A DNA stretch of 64,000 bases from Aplysia californica (taxonomy: Eukaryota), in contig NW_004797602.1 in assembly GCF_000002075.1 (NCBI RefSeq), positions 34,304 through 98,303 of the forward strand, written 5' to 3'. The notes under the pieces are model-generated. The model was not told the DNA's origin. It searched no databases and saw only the letters and a list, made by a program, of their open reading frames with translations. Each line of letters starts with the position of its first letter. Within the stretch, counting starts at the first letter, position 1. Positions 12,101 through 23,006 of this stretch are shown here, piece by piece. The position numbers and the translations under genes are program-made.

Positions 12101-13759
12101 ATAAGACTCCATACAACTTTGTTCTATATCTTATGTTTCCTCGTATCCAGGGATTAGAACAGTGTAGGCCGATGCCGCGGGTCCCACCTCACCTTTTGTC
12201 TGTGTGTACTGTCCATCTGAGAGACAGGGCCAAAGCAGCCTGTCTCCTAAATCATATTAACTCTTAGTAGTATACAGCTCACCGGCAGTCAGTACGCTTT
12301 GTCTGGTGTGCCAGCTGAACCAGCAAATGGCATGGTTGGTTGTTTACAGTCATTACAAAAATCTAAGAAGTCTATTCCAATCCATTTTATCTATAATTAA
12401 GCTATGTTTATTGCATGAGGAGATACAATTTCCTGCAGACTGACAGAGTTGTTTGATCGAAAACTCCTCTCAAAGCGGGAATTGAACTTTAACCTTCTGC
12501 ATGTTGCTTGGTTTGGTGGGGTTTTTTTTTTAAGGGGTCTAGCTACCAAGAAAAGCTATCTTTGTTATTTATGCATCTTTTGAAACCAAACTTTCCCAAA
12601 ATGTGTGGTACCCTCCTAGAAATAAATCAAAATGTTTAAAAACAATTTGACCCAAAGTGTTATGTAACACTGGCGGCCATATTGAACTTATGCAATACTT
12701 GGGAAAATCTTAAAGTTTTGAAAACCAAAAGACATAATTATAATTTTATAATAAATATCAAGTTAATAATTATAGTTATAGGTGCCTGGCTGGGTTATTT
12801 AGGTATGCTTCCATTATTCTGGAATTTCTGGGGGATTTCAAAGTAATGTCCCTTTTTTTGTACCAATTTTAAACGCAAAATCAATTTCAAATGCAGATTT
12901 CTCAAATAAAGTAAATTTTCTCAAATATAACTAGCTAGGCACCTGTAACTACCAAATCTGCACATACTTGGAAAGTTTCAGTACATTATCTTGATTAGTA
13001 GCTCAGATTTTAAGATTTTAGTGATGAAGAGTCTTTCAAAAATAAAAGTTTTTTAGAAAAAGGCGTAATTTAAAAATGCCACTGTGTAATTTGAGGGTTT
13101 GTTCCTTCTAGAGGTTCCAGTTCCATATGCACTGTTATTTCTAATCACATATGAAATCTCATTTCTGTACAGTTACAAATAGCCTCATTTATACAAGTTA
13201 AGTGAACTAAGTAGACACAAAATGTAACAAAAAAAGAGAGCAAAAGTGACCAAGCAGTAGTTTTTTGCAAGAGGGGGGTGAGGTCGCTTGAGACATATTT
13301 TCACCTGTTTTATCAAATTTTTAAAATCAAATGGACCAGAAAATCTAATTCAGCAATGATCAAAGATGTTAAAAAGCTGCTTTCCAGAAAATCAATAATT
13401 TCATAAAAAATTGACCAAAAACATTACCCGCTAGACCCCTTAATGTAGTTGGATGAAATAAGGGAAAAGTTATTTGGAAATTACAGATGGATGAAAATTG
13501 GATATGACAAAAATTGGCTGTATAGTAAACATGGATTAACCTTCAATATACTAAGAATTAATTTTGTTGACAGATATAAAACATAACAATTTCAATTGCT
13601 TTATAAATTATTCTTCCTGTTGGCCAGGGATCAGGACAGTCCAGGCCGGTGCTGCAGGTCCCGTCTCACCTGTTGTCAGTGTACTGCCCACCTGTAGGCT
13701 GTGATGTTAGCCGCCTGATCATTGATGCCACCATTGTCAAGACAACTGCCGACCTGTGA
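3052..13759 (+). CDS. CENPM: Centromere protein M (CENP-M, pseudo-GTPase of the CENP-HIKM kinetochore subcomplex); 6 coding exons, ~198 aa
   Basis: Exons 3052-3177, 7791-7867, 8518-8610, 10892-10971, 11726-11814 and 13628-13759 all have GT-AG boundaries and matching phases. Spliced protein: MEINGNE...KIIRPHHVLRNIYSPQTLLVVASEG...RYTKSLPLESGNKSAPIDAIALVYKVFSGDSLKTIKDSLPFIDVRYFLGKCFILVVSG...FASQYHLPIHF...VSRLIIDATIVKTTADL*. By eye it matches recalled human CENP-M motifs (VLRP, ILLV, KSLPL, RIDLI, SL..V/ID..FFLGK). Confidence 0.88.
3195..3303. repeat. Degenerate palindromic (TCTAGA/AGATCT)n array
   Basis: Repeated tctaga/agatct units; similar arrays near 196-220, 435-462, 2608-2652, 2965-2992, 5412-5427 and 5490-5528. 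Confidence 0.9.
3320..5408. mobile_element. ~2.1-kb non-autonomous DNA transposon, Sola-like
   Basis: TIRs GAGCCATTGCCAAAACGTG / CACGTTTTGGCAATTGCTC with ATAT on both sides. The superfamily is inferred from the 4-bp AWWT TSD and GAG..CTC termini. Confidence 0.7.
5884..6058. repeat. ~38-bp tandem repeat, ~5 diverged copies (gcccggttaccgtatacgtagacact)
   Basis: Direct observation; a related unit lies at ~5432-5466. Confidence 0.75.
6449..7137. mobile_element. Degenerate Tc1/mariner-pogo-type MITE
   Basis: TA|CAGTCGAACCTG left end with subterminal aacggaaacctg repeats; weak right end ...gatttgactg. Confidence 0.45.
7791..7867 (+). CDS. CENPM: CENPM coding exon 2
   Basis: Acceptor tttcctcag; VVASEGCLTVPDDLKTFTEGDNGVL; donor gtaagt; phase 0 to 2. 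Confidence 0.85.
8518..8610 (+). CDS. CENPM: CENPM coding exon 3
   Basis: Acceptor cttgcag; RYTKSLPLESGNKSAPIDAIALVYKVFSGD; phase 2 to 2. Confidence 0.88.
9074..10388. mobile_element. hAT-like MITE with an internally triplicated left end
   Basis: TIRs CAGGGTTGG / CCAACCCTG and a perfect 8-bp TSD GTTACTGT (9066-9073, 10389-10396). A ~265-bp unit recurs at 9074, ~9342 and ~9602. Confidence 0.88.
10892..10971 (+). CDS. CENPM: CENPM coding exon 4
   Basis: Acceptor tttttcag; LKTIKDSLPFIDVRYFLGKCFILVVS; donor gtgagg; phase 2 to 1. Confidence 0.88.
11223..11405 (+). mobile_element. Dispersed ~180-bp retroposon-like repeat (SINE/LINE 3' tail family)
   Basis: gtgggtggttggcgggtg...tactctcttgtaacacc...catatgaccttatgcagttgcgagcgccgtaaaac. 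Copies at ~10703-10870, 24800-24965, 51003-51185, 55905-56075 and 57742-57925. The same tail occurs on the SINEs at 35595 and 42146. Confidence 0.75.
11726..11814 (+). CDS. CENPM: CENPM coding exon 5
   Basis: Acceptor tttttacag; GEDFCPKDTYEIEQFASQYHLPIHFASLIK; phase 1 to 0. Confidence 0.85.
12151..12267 (+). CDS. CENPM: CENPM duplicated terminal exon 6a (alternative or degenerate)
   Basis: Acceptor tccag; GLEQCRPMPRVPPHLLSVCTVHLRDRAKAACLLNHINS*. The first ~70 nt are a diverged copy of exon 6b with a 2-nt insertion. Confidence 0.45.
   Translation, partial: GLEQCRPMPRVPPHLLSVCTVHLRDRAKAACLLNHINS
12534..13439. mobile_element. Kolobok-like non-autonomous DNA transposon
   Basis: TTAA|GGGGTCTAGC ... 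GCTAGACCCC|TTAA: 10-bp TIR, TTAA TSD, purine-starting termini. Confidence 0.75.
13628..13759 (+). CDS. CENPM: CENPM terminal exon 6b (probable canonical)
   Basis: Acceptor ggccag; GSGQSRPVLQVPSHLLSVYCPPVGCDVSRLIIDATIVKTTADL*. AATAAA follows at 14063-14068. Confidence 0.7.
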   Translation, partial: GSGQSRPVLQVPSHLLSVYCPPVGCDVSRLIIDATIVKTTADL

Positions 13760-14254
13760 CCAGACAGTTGTAACGGGTGAAACAGAAAGTGTAATTATTG
13801 TAAATGTGTGGATGCCGTTGTTTAGAGGATGCCACTGGAAGGTCGTACTTCTTTTCTTTCCCCCATATTAAATCACTCCCTGCCAGGGCCTTAGTTCAGA
13901 CCAAGCTGCTGTCTTCAAGCTTTTTTTTTACCTTTTTCAAAATTGAACTACTCTGTATTTATGTTAGAGTTATGAAAATTGGTCAGTTTCAGTAGGAGAT
14001 GTTTGGCTTTACAAAACAGAATTTTGGTTATTTTGTTTATGTTTTACAGATTCTCAAAATACAATAAATGTTAGTGACAAAAACTTTTTCTTTTTGGCCG
14101 AACTATCCTGTACAAGATTTTTGCTGCTTTTGTGAGAGTGTTGTTATTTCTGTTAAAAAATATATAAAATACTATACATATGCTCAAAAATATATAACGA
14201 AACAAAGAAAACTGAATTGATAAGTTTATGATGACTTACACACAGAATTAGTCT

Positions 14255-14620
14255 AGGTAGTTCAATATTGTGCACGAGTCCTCGAAGCACTGCTGCTCTG
14301 TGTCTTGTGGTGTCTGGCACTTAGTACACCACCATCTCGTCTCTGTTCTTTTCCTGCTTTTTTTTGGTCTCTCTTGGGATCAGCTTTCGCTTTCTCCACG
14401 CTCACTTTGCACCTTCTTCGGGGTTTATCTTTTGCAGTTCGAGACGAAAGACTCAGAAAATGTTTCCAATTCAGTCACCTCTGTAAAGGGTGGCTTTAAG
14501 TGGTGTGTCTTCTAGTGTTTCAGTGGAAGATTTCTGCTTTATGTAGTCGTCGAAAAGTTCTTCTCCTACAGTTGTGAGAAACTCGTGTAGCCCCATCTTT
14601 TCTTCCCTTTGAGAGTAAAA
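14255..14620 (-). pseudogene. piggyBac transposase C-terminal remnant (cysteine-rich domain)
   Basis: With frameshifts the minus strand reads KPRRRCKV...ETRWWCTKCQTP...QCFED...LNY, the pattern of the piggyBac CRD. Confidence 0.6.
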
Positions 14621-14959
14621 CTTTGTTGTGCAAAATACAGTGAAACACTGAATATAAAGAACAAGTCCGGGCAGTAAAAATAGCTCTTTATATCAGTAGT
14701 TTTTTAATTCAGTCAATGCACCCCCACGAACATACTTTTTCTCACGTAGTCCTTTTTGGTCATAGTAATAGGAATAGTATACACAGTACATGTGCAGTAA
14801 CTTATTTCTTCCCAAGAGAAGGAAAAAAGGAAGCTTATGGATGTTTGCTGCTTCTCCTTTTCTCCTACGCCCATAACATACTTTTGCATGTCCCCAAGAA
14901 CATTAAAAAATTGATCCCCCGCCACCACCCCCAATTGACTACGAATTAGTTTCTCAATT

Positions 14960-16100
14960 TCTCCACTCTTTATTTTGCCTCCGCGAAGCTCACTGTCACA
15001 TGTATCTGCTCATGGTCTTCACTGTTTATTTGAGAAGTAGAAGCTTCCTTCACTTGCTCCACAATTTCAGCTTCGGAAGGCACTGCTGATGTTTGCACAC
15101 TAGTGTCAATGTAAATAAATTGAATGGTTGTGCTCAACTGTGTTGGTAACAGTGATGCAAGGCATTCAAACAGGTTGACGAACTCCACTGTTTCCTGCTC
15201 GACCTCTGGTTTATGTTCATCAGAGTCTTCAGAAGACAAGGGTGCTAAAGAGAAGCCAGCAAGTCACCAGCAGTTGCTTATGGTGGACCATGCAACGTCC
15301 CTAGATGCTGATTGCATCGTGAACATAGCATCAAGGACTGTGATGCGCATGCTGTCAGCACTTCCACCAGAATCCAGATTTGACAGCTACTGGTGCAAAA
15401 TACTCTTGAGATAAAGCCGCTTGAACGCTTGAAAAATCCACTGATCACACGCTGCAATACGCTGGTTGTGTTAGGGGGGGTGGAAACACTAGTTTTTTCT
15501 CGAGCAGCCTTGCGACTTCAGGGTGGACAGGGCAGTTATCCCCTAGAAGCACAATCTTTCTGCCCCTAACCCCATTTTTCTGTCCTGCTTCCGAACCCGC
15601 TCCTTGAATGTGCCAATTAGTCTTGTTGACGTAATAGTCACAAGGAAGTTGTACAACTCCTCTGAAGCAGTGGGTTTTTTTGGCCTTTCCGATTACCAAA
15701 AGTAGAAGTTTGTCTCTGCCATCCATATTGGCAGCCAGAAGAACGGTCAGTTGGTCCCTGGGCTGCATGTGTCCATGCACATTGTCCAACTTGTAGGCCA
15801 GTGTTTTGTCTGGAAGACAGCGATAAAACAACCCAGTTTCATCAGCATTGTAGATATCTCTTGGCTGATAATCTTGAGGAGCTCTTGTAAGACAGTTGAT
15901 TTCTAGTCAGAACCAATGTCTTCTTGAACCGCTGCCACTTCAACAGAAACCACCTTCTGGGAAATGCCATTACAGTGTTTAAATCGCTGAAGCCATCCTG
16001 AAAAGTGATTGATGCAAAGTCGTCTCTGTAGCTGGACCTGCCAGTAAAACTGTCTTTACCTTGGCTGAACCTAATCTTGGCATCACACACTGGTCAAATT
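14960..16100 (-). pseudogene. pogo/Tigger (CENP-B/TIGD-like) DDE transposase, frameshifted remnant
   Basis: YNADETGLFYRCLPDKTL...TVLLAANMDG.DKL..LVIGK..K..CF, then RKIVLLGDNCPVHP; spread over several broken ORFs (15445-15831, 14970-15239, 15842-16090). Confidence 0.85.
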
Positions 16101-17341
16101 AGTTGGCTTTGCAGGCTTGTATTGTTTGAAGGAAAGTCTTCCTTTGAAACCCACTATACACGCGTCAACACTCAGCTCACGGCCAGCCTCAAAATGCGTT
16201 TTGAAGTTCTCCATCGTTATATTTGATTACGTTCCTGACTTTGTACAGAGCATGAAATCCCTCCTCACCACGTTGTGGCTGGCTGTGATTGTCCCAGCAG
16301 TGAAAGTTTGTGCTGAGCTCTTTGAAATGTTTGATCGGCATGATTGATGAAATCCACGGGTTGTCGAAGCAACGGTTAGACACTTCGCTGCTGCACGCAG
16401 GAGACCTGAGTTTGATTCCCAAGTGGGAAAAATTTTTGATTACTTTTCAGAACTTTTAAATAATTATCTGAATCAGCAAGCTGCTTGCTTTGGTCTTTCA
16501 CTTGTCATTTCATAACATCACACTTTTCACTGACAACAAAGGATTCATTATGCAGTCTTTTGATCTGTGCTTACAGGGAAGCATTTTCTTTCTTTAACTC
16601 TTCAATTGAGGCAATGTAATTAATGAGCTTTCACTTTAATTTAGACGACTTATTTGATTTTCATATTCTTTACTTTGTCTTACCCACTCTGCCTCTTCAT
16701 CTTTTGTTTGTTTTCTTTCACTTTGTAAGCTTTCTTCACTGCTGCGGCAGAAAGTCTCAAAGCATACACTTTCCTTCTCTGTCTCTGTAGATTTTGTCTA
16801 AGAAATTAGTTTGCCTTCTTCAAAGAAGGGCAAGTGACACAATCTCTAGGTGTCTTCACTGGGGTGCCCACTGGGATTTGTACATTCACACGGGCTGGTG
16901 ATGACCTACATTCTCGACTTCTAAACTCTGTCAATTCACACACACACAGTTATGATGAAGTATTTCCACTCTTTGCATTGGTAAGTTGAAGTTTGATCTA
17001 AAGAAATGAAGGGATTTTTTTCCCTGTTTTTGTTGACATGAAATGGAAATAATAAATGCGCATACGTTTCCTGCACAACCCGAAGATTTGAAACTGCATG
17101 TGGTATACAAATGTCACTTATAAATTATAAAGCAAAAGAATGTCATAACTGCTCCACAATTTGAGTATAAGAAATTAATTTCTTCCTGTTTCTGACTGCG
17201 GTTTTGTCTGATATGAGTTTGATAACCTATGCGTTTGTGATTTCTTGGCCACAAGATATTAAAGAAACTACTTCGTGAGCATATTTTGTAGTATTCTTCA
17301 TAACTCATTAATCTGTGGAAAAAATAGAAAATAGGAGTTAA

Positions 17342-17980
17342 CTCTTTCCAGACGTAGTTTTTTTGGGGGGTCTAGACAAAATTAACTTGCGGCTCGATAT
17401 GGCTACGCAGATGGTGTACAAAATAACTTCATAGAAGCATTGCCCTCTCTCAAAACGTAACATATGATATACCAAATTGAAGGAAATTGAGTGAGAAATA
17501 CATTTCAATATGAAACAAGGATTAATTTTGAACATAAGTATGCATTAGAATAGTGATGAGAAAAATAAATTTTTACGGAAAAAATTAATTCGCCAATCAT
17601 GTCAAAGCAAATCAGCATAGCTATGTTATCATACACAGGCCAAGAGCATAATCCATAAATTTCTGAATGCGCAACTTTTTATTTGAAAGCAATATTCCAA
17701 TTTTTGTTTGAGTTATGATATTTATACTGAGTCCGGTTACATTATTTTGTTGGTGCAAGACCGCAAAAACTAGTTCACACGTTTTGACAAAGTGAAACGA
17801 GATATTTTCGTTTCCTAAATCCTTTACGAGTTTTTCAATAGCAATAAAAAGTAATTATAAATGACGGATCGTGTTAAAACGAAACAAATTTGAGGTACTC
17901 TATCACAGCCGATGTATCGGTGATATGTCCGCTAGGGTTATGGACTCCTGCCGATATACCGGCCATACATCCGGAAAGAG
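17342..17980. mobile_element. piggyBac-like MITE, short relative of the 38607-42141 element in opposite orientation
   Basis: TTAA|CTCTTTCCAGACGTA ... TACATCCGGAAAGAG|TTAA; both ends are homologous to the ends of the 3.5-kb element. Confidence 0.85.
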
Positions 17981-18679
17981 TTAAGAAAGGGAAAAGAAAT
18001 AAGGGTCAGGAGTAAGAAAGGGAGGGGGGGGAGGGGAAGAAAAATAGGCGTGTGTATTGTAATGTAGGTAGGCCTTGAATTCTGCTAGATCTGTAGTGAA
18101 GAGGCAGAGGGCAGGGAGTTGCACTGCTGAAATAATAAATAGTAGATCCAATTTTCCTAAATGTTTCACTCTCCTGTCATGGAGGGTTGAGGAAAAGGGT
18201 ATCTAGATGTTGTATAAATTTTAGCTCTGGATCTAACAAATTATTTAGTTTGTTGAGTGGCCTGAATCTTTGTCTCTCTTTCCTTTGTTTATCTCTCCAT
18301 TAGTGACACCAGCATCATCATCATCAGCTTTAGGCTGTGGAAAAATAAAAGAAAAAAATTATGTTTTAACCAGCGTCTGTAGTGAAGGCTAGTGGTTGGA
18401 CACTTCGCCATCGCATCATACACAGAAGACCAGAGTACGATTCCCAAGGGGGAATATTTTTATTGAGTATCTTCCCTCTTTCAGATGGGACGTTATATTC
18501 CTCTCAGCTCTTGTTGGCCTTGACTTTGACAGGCAGAGCTGAAACTCTCGTCTTAATTTGTCAAAATTGTGTCGATGAGGGTGTAAAACACTTCTGCATT
18601 AAAAAAATATTTATAAAATAACATAACTCATTTACAACAGGTATTGTAATTTTCGGACTGAAAATAGAACCTTTGGGTG

Positions 18680-18905
18680 ACATTGACGGCCTAGTGGTTA
18701 CGCTATCGGACTTGTAATCATGAGACCGCAGGTTTGGGGGTTTGAGCCTCAGCTCGGTCCAACGTTGTGTCCTTGGGGAAGAATTTTCCATTTGGCTCGG
18801 TCCTTTCGGAAATGAACGTTAAGCTCGGAGGTCCCGACTCTTAAATAACCTAATAGTGTTGATAGGGGCGTTAACCCTGTACCATTTTTCAGTCCCATTG
18901 GCATA
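18680..18905 (+). mobile_element. Degenerate tRNA-derived SINE
   Basis: ggcctagtggttacgctatcggact (A-box-like head), then gttgtgtccttggg (CORE-like) and ggtcctttcggaaatgaacgttaagc..gaggtcccg. Confidence 0.6.
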
Positions 18906-19699
18906 TATGCATTGAGTTGACAGTGCCAGTTAATCCTTGAATTATTGAAGTTTCCAACTCTTGTAACCTCCCAGCTCCTGTTTCCTGGCTTCTTGTTGGT
19001 ACTCCATGTATGGATTGTATAGAATAAAGCATTCAGGATAACACAGGGGGGGGGGCGTTGCAGTCCTGACACCAGTGGCTTGTTTGCCTGCTGTTTGAAC
19101 CAATCCCGCACTGCAGCAGGAAGATTACACACCACACAGTCTCTTGCTCGGTGGCTCCACTTAACTCTTTTTGCTTGAATCTAAAAACCACAGTTGGACG
19201 CAACCAAATCTCAGCACATTTGGAAACCACACACCCCTGTTACGAAATCTGATGCTGACATCCCCTAAAACCAAATCATTTGAGAGTGTCATATATCAAA
19301 ATAATGTGCAATTGTTGTAGATTGATTCTGGAAAGAAAAAAAATTATGCATGCAAAAAAAAAAGGTTTTAGGTGAAATAGTCCCAAAAATGTTTTCAGTG
19401 ACCGAAACATGATTCACACTAACGTTTCATTCTGCATCTGATGAAGTTTTCCTGTTGTGATCCAAACTGAATGAATGCACTGCTATATACACACAATGTC
19501 CAAGAACTTTACTGTTTATGTTTCAGAGGTGCATACAAAAAAGTTGGTAGCCTGTTTTTGGTGCATAATTTTCTCGTACTCAAAGGATCATCTCACAGCA
19601 TGCACAACAAAATAAAAAAAGGCCATCGTTTTTCATAGTTTTCTCCCAATGAACAACTTATGCACACAATTCCACATGGATGATATTTTCCTCTACTCT

Positions 19700-21870
19700 T
19701 CTTTTTATGGAAAGCCACAAAACAATGTTTAGGGCACAAGTGGGTTTTTTTTTTTAGCATCCAGTACATATATAACTAGATCTCTTGCGGGCGCCTGTCT
19801 TGCTGCAATGAGCACAGTTCCTGTTCTTCCCAACAAATTCAATAATAATAATAATTAAAAAATTGCATTTATATAGCACATTTCCACAAAGAAGTGCTCA
19901 ATGTGCTATACAATAGTACAAAGAACGTATGCAGCGCTCAGCNNNNNNNNNNNNNNNNNNNNNNNNNNNNNNNNNNNNNNNNNNNNNNNNNNNNNNNNNN
20001 NNNNNNNNNNNNNNNNNNNNNNNNNNNNNNNNNNNNNNNNNNNNNNNNNNNNNNNNNNNNNNNNNNNNNNNNNNNNNNNNNNNNNNNNNNNNNNNNNNNN
20101 NNNNNNNNAGACAATCCCACAAAACTTACCCAGACACTCTCGTACACATTGATGACATCACACAGTCATAAATTGTTACAGAAATAAATACAAATACTGA
20201 GAGAACATAATATAATATTTGTATTGGGAATGTAGGAAATTACTGATTGAAGCTGGACTGAAACAAATGCGTTTTAGGTGCTGATTTGAATTTTGTTAAA
20301 GTGGTAGACTCCCGTAGATGAGCTGGCAAAGCGTTCCACAGGGAGGGGGTGTGGTGTGAAAAGGCTTTCCCTCTGAGTCTCTGACTTTTGCTTTGGACAT
20401 GTCTTAAAAGTCTTTTCTTCGCCGATCTTAAATGCCGAGATGGTATATATTTGACGACCATGTCACAAAGATATGATGGTGCAATGTTGTTGACGCACTT
20501 AAAACAAAGAACAATTATTTTGTACCGCATTCGTGCTTTCACCGGGAGCCAATGTAGTTGAATTAGCATTGAATTGGTGTTACATGCTCTTTGAGAGATT
20601 TCTTTAAAATTATGCGAGCAGCGTAATTCATCAAGATACCTTTCTCCTTTGTTGACATCCTCTCTTTTGTAATTTACATGCTTTGGAGGGGCATTCACTT
20701 CAGTCGCAGGTGTAATTTTGCCAGCTTTTGCCACCACTTCAGTCATGAGCTTTTCCTTGAAAATTTTCAAGCTCATTATCCGTTCATTGCTGTGGCAAAG
20801 GCTGTACAGGATATGTGCATTCGCTTGCGTTTTTTCAAAAATCCAGTGATTGATCTTTTTCCACCGCTTTTTTGTTTTTCTCTGGTGCAAACTGTAATAA
20901 CCTACCATTAGGTCCATTCTGTCACATCCGTTCTTTGACTGGTTGTACTCATGAACTGTTTTAGGTTTGTCTATGTCAATGGCCTCGTCCCCCGAACCAA
21001 TTGTCACAGTCTCCATGCCACCCTTTGCAGAAACCATGACACATTTTTCTTTGCGTTTTTTGTCCCTAAATGCAGCGCGAATATTTGTTTGCCTGTTTTT
21101 GTGTAAAATTTCATTTCGTGCTGCTCAAGTTTCAGCGTCTTGATCTCAGGCGGAAAATCAACTTGTCAAACGTTGAGTGGTCCGGTGTAGTTGTAAGACT
21201 TCTCCAAGAGATATTCCACCAAAACTTTATAGGAATAATACCTGTCTGCATGTACATGGCTTCAAGAGAAACTCTTGGCCCTGGCAATGTCCAACAGATT
21301 TGAAATTATCACATCTTGCTCATATATAATAGTTGTCGCATAAAATGATCCCTGCCCAACTTCAGGGCATTCTCTGAAAGAACGTTGACATGACAGAAAC
21401 TTGTGTTAGCCGTAGACACGTTGTCACAAGCGGTGGATAGTGTCTTACCCTGGCCCGCATATATTGCTTTGGCTTTATGATTTCCCTATGTATTTGTTCA
21501 GGATTCAGTTTTCGTTTTCTTCCACTGTTAGAATGTTATAAGTTCTCATCCAAACCATCCTCAAATGAGTTGACAACAACTGGCACTTCATTCTTGACAT
21601 GAGCAGCAGAGTTTGTCATTTTGTCAAAGAGTTTACTGTGGGTTACGGCATGTCATATTACTCAATCGTGGCCAGCGATTCGCTGCTTGCCAAGTTGAAG
21701 GATATTGCTGGTTTTGCACAGAGAATGAACTGGATATTGTGATTATTGTAAAAAAAACTTTTTTCGGGGAGAATTTATTTAGAGTTGTAGCCGTTTGTGC
21801 ACTGAAATTATACTCATTCAGAGTACTGCTGTCCCAGCATTACCAAGCGCGAGGATCCTTTTCTAAAAAG
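19700..21870 (-). pseudogene. piggyBac (PGBD4-like) transposase remnant interrupted by an L2-type LINE fragment
   Basis: KPKTVHEYNQSKNGCDRMDLMVGYY...KKRWKKINHWIF...ANAHILY is the piggyBac catalytic-region signature. The CRD (KNRNCAHC...SSYICTGC..HLCPKHCFVAFH) resumes at ~19835-19705. The 5' limit is approximate. Confidence 0.8.
19841..20630 (-). mobile_element. 5'-truncated L2/CR1-clade LINE (ORF2 C-terminus plus 3' UTR and (ATT)n tail)
   Basis: NYAARII...EHVTP, then LHWLPV...YK...APSYL...RSA...AFS....LWNALP..LR...FKS..KTHLF. The 3' end reads gagcac...gctatataaat followed by attattatt. Confidence 0.85.
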
Positions 21871-22572
21871 TAAAAAATGATGTTTATTGGTTTTTGCATC
21901 TAAACACCTTCAAATAGTGTACATAAAATTTCTGTCTGCATACTACTATGTTAAGAGTGTGGCAATTAAACAAAGTGTGTAAGAGAAGAAGTATGCTTAT
22001 GTGTGAAATAGTGTTTATAATTAGTTTGTATTCTGGTATGACTAGTAGTAGTAGTGTTTGTGGGGATACTATTGGTGGTTTGAGAATGAATGAATAAATG
22101 TTACAAGAGGCTTTTGGTGTATGATGGCTTTGCATGAATGCATACATGTATGTACACATGGAAGTTTAAAAGAAAGAGAGGAGAGGAGAGAGTACGGTCT
22201 GATTTTATTATTGTATATATATACAATTTGTGTTATGTAATGCATGTAGGTACGCATTAAGGTGTAAGTTGAAAGAACAATGCTATTATATTAATAATGT
22301 AAGATATGATTGTAGATTTTACACCCCCATTGACACAGTTTAGATCTTATAAGAGGTAAACTGCTTCAACCCGTCTTATCCTGGCCAACATGAGATAAGA
22401 AAGATACTGCATCCCAGCAAACAAACCAAAATGCTCGATGAAGAAAAAAAACCCAACTCACTGGAAACGCCCAGCCGCCACACAGCAGCCTTAAGTCAGA
22501 AGAAAGAGGTGACAGGAGAAAGAGTTTGCTCTAATTTCTTTGTTTGTGTATGTGTGTTGCATTTTATCATAT

Positions 22573-23006
22573 GTCAGGCAGCATGGTGGAATCAGGCTCT
22601 CATCAGTTTTTGGGCATGTAGAGTTATTGTTATCACCTTAAAGCTTGTTCTTTATTTGGATGAAAAAATATCCATTTATGTTAAATACAAGTCCAGATAT
22701 TTGAGAATGAAGGAGGTGGGGTTCATCTGTTTTCAGAGGTCAAATTAGTGAGAAAATGGGTGCCAAAGATTAGTTATTTCCTTAGCTTAAGAGTCTAAGA
22801 GTCCGTGGTAACTGAAATTTTACTTTTTTTGTGCCTTTAATCAACGTTTTTCACAGAAATTCACACAGAAATGAGTTCTTTAATGGGCGTGAAAAGTGTT
22901 GAGCCCAAAAACATAAATTTGATAAAAATTCACAATCCTGCGGAAAAATGCAAGTTTCTTCACTTTGATTATTTTAACGAGAGCCTGGTTCCACCACGCT
23001 GCTCAC
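22573..23006. mobile_element. MITE with ATAT flanks (Sola-like); second copy at ~56380-56816
   Basis: Imperfect ~30-bp TIR gcagcatggtggaatcaggctctc / gagagcctggttccaccacgctgc; a homologous body occurs in the Astrin-like gene intron. Confidence 0.7.

Noticed and set aside
15445-15831. Possible domesticated CENP-B/TIGD gene next to CENPM
   Set aside because: Multiple frameshifts and broken ORFs indicate a dead pogo/Tigger transposase; the proximity to CENPM looks coincidental.
20240-21037. 265-aa ORF as a host gene
   Set aside because: It is a piggyBac/L2 fusion fossil lacking the upstream catalytic region in frame.
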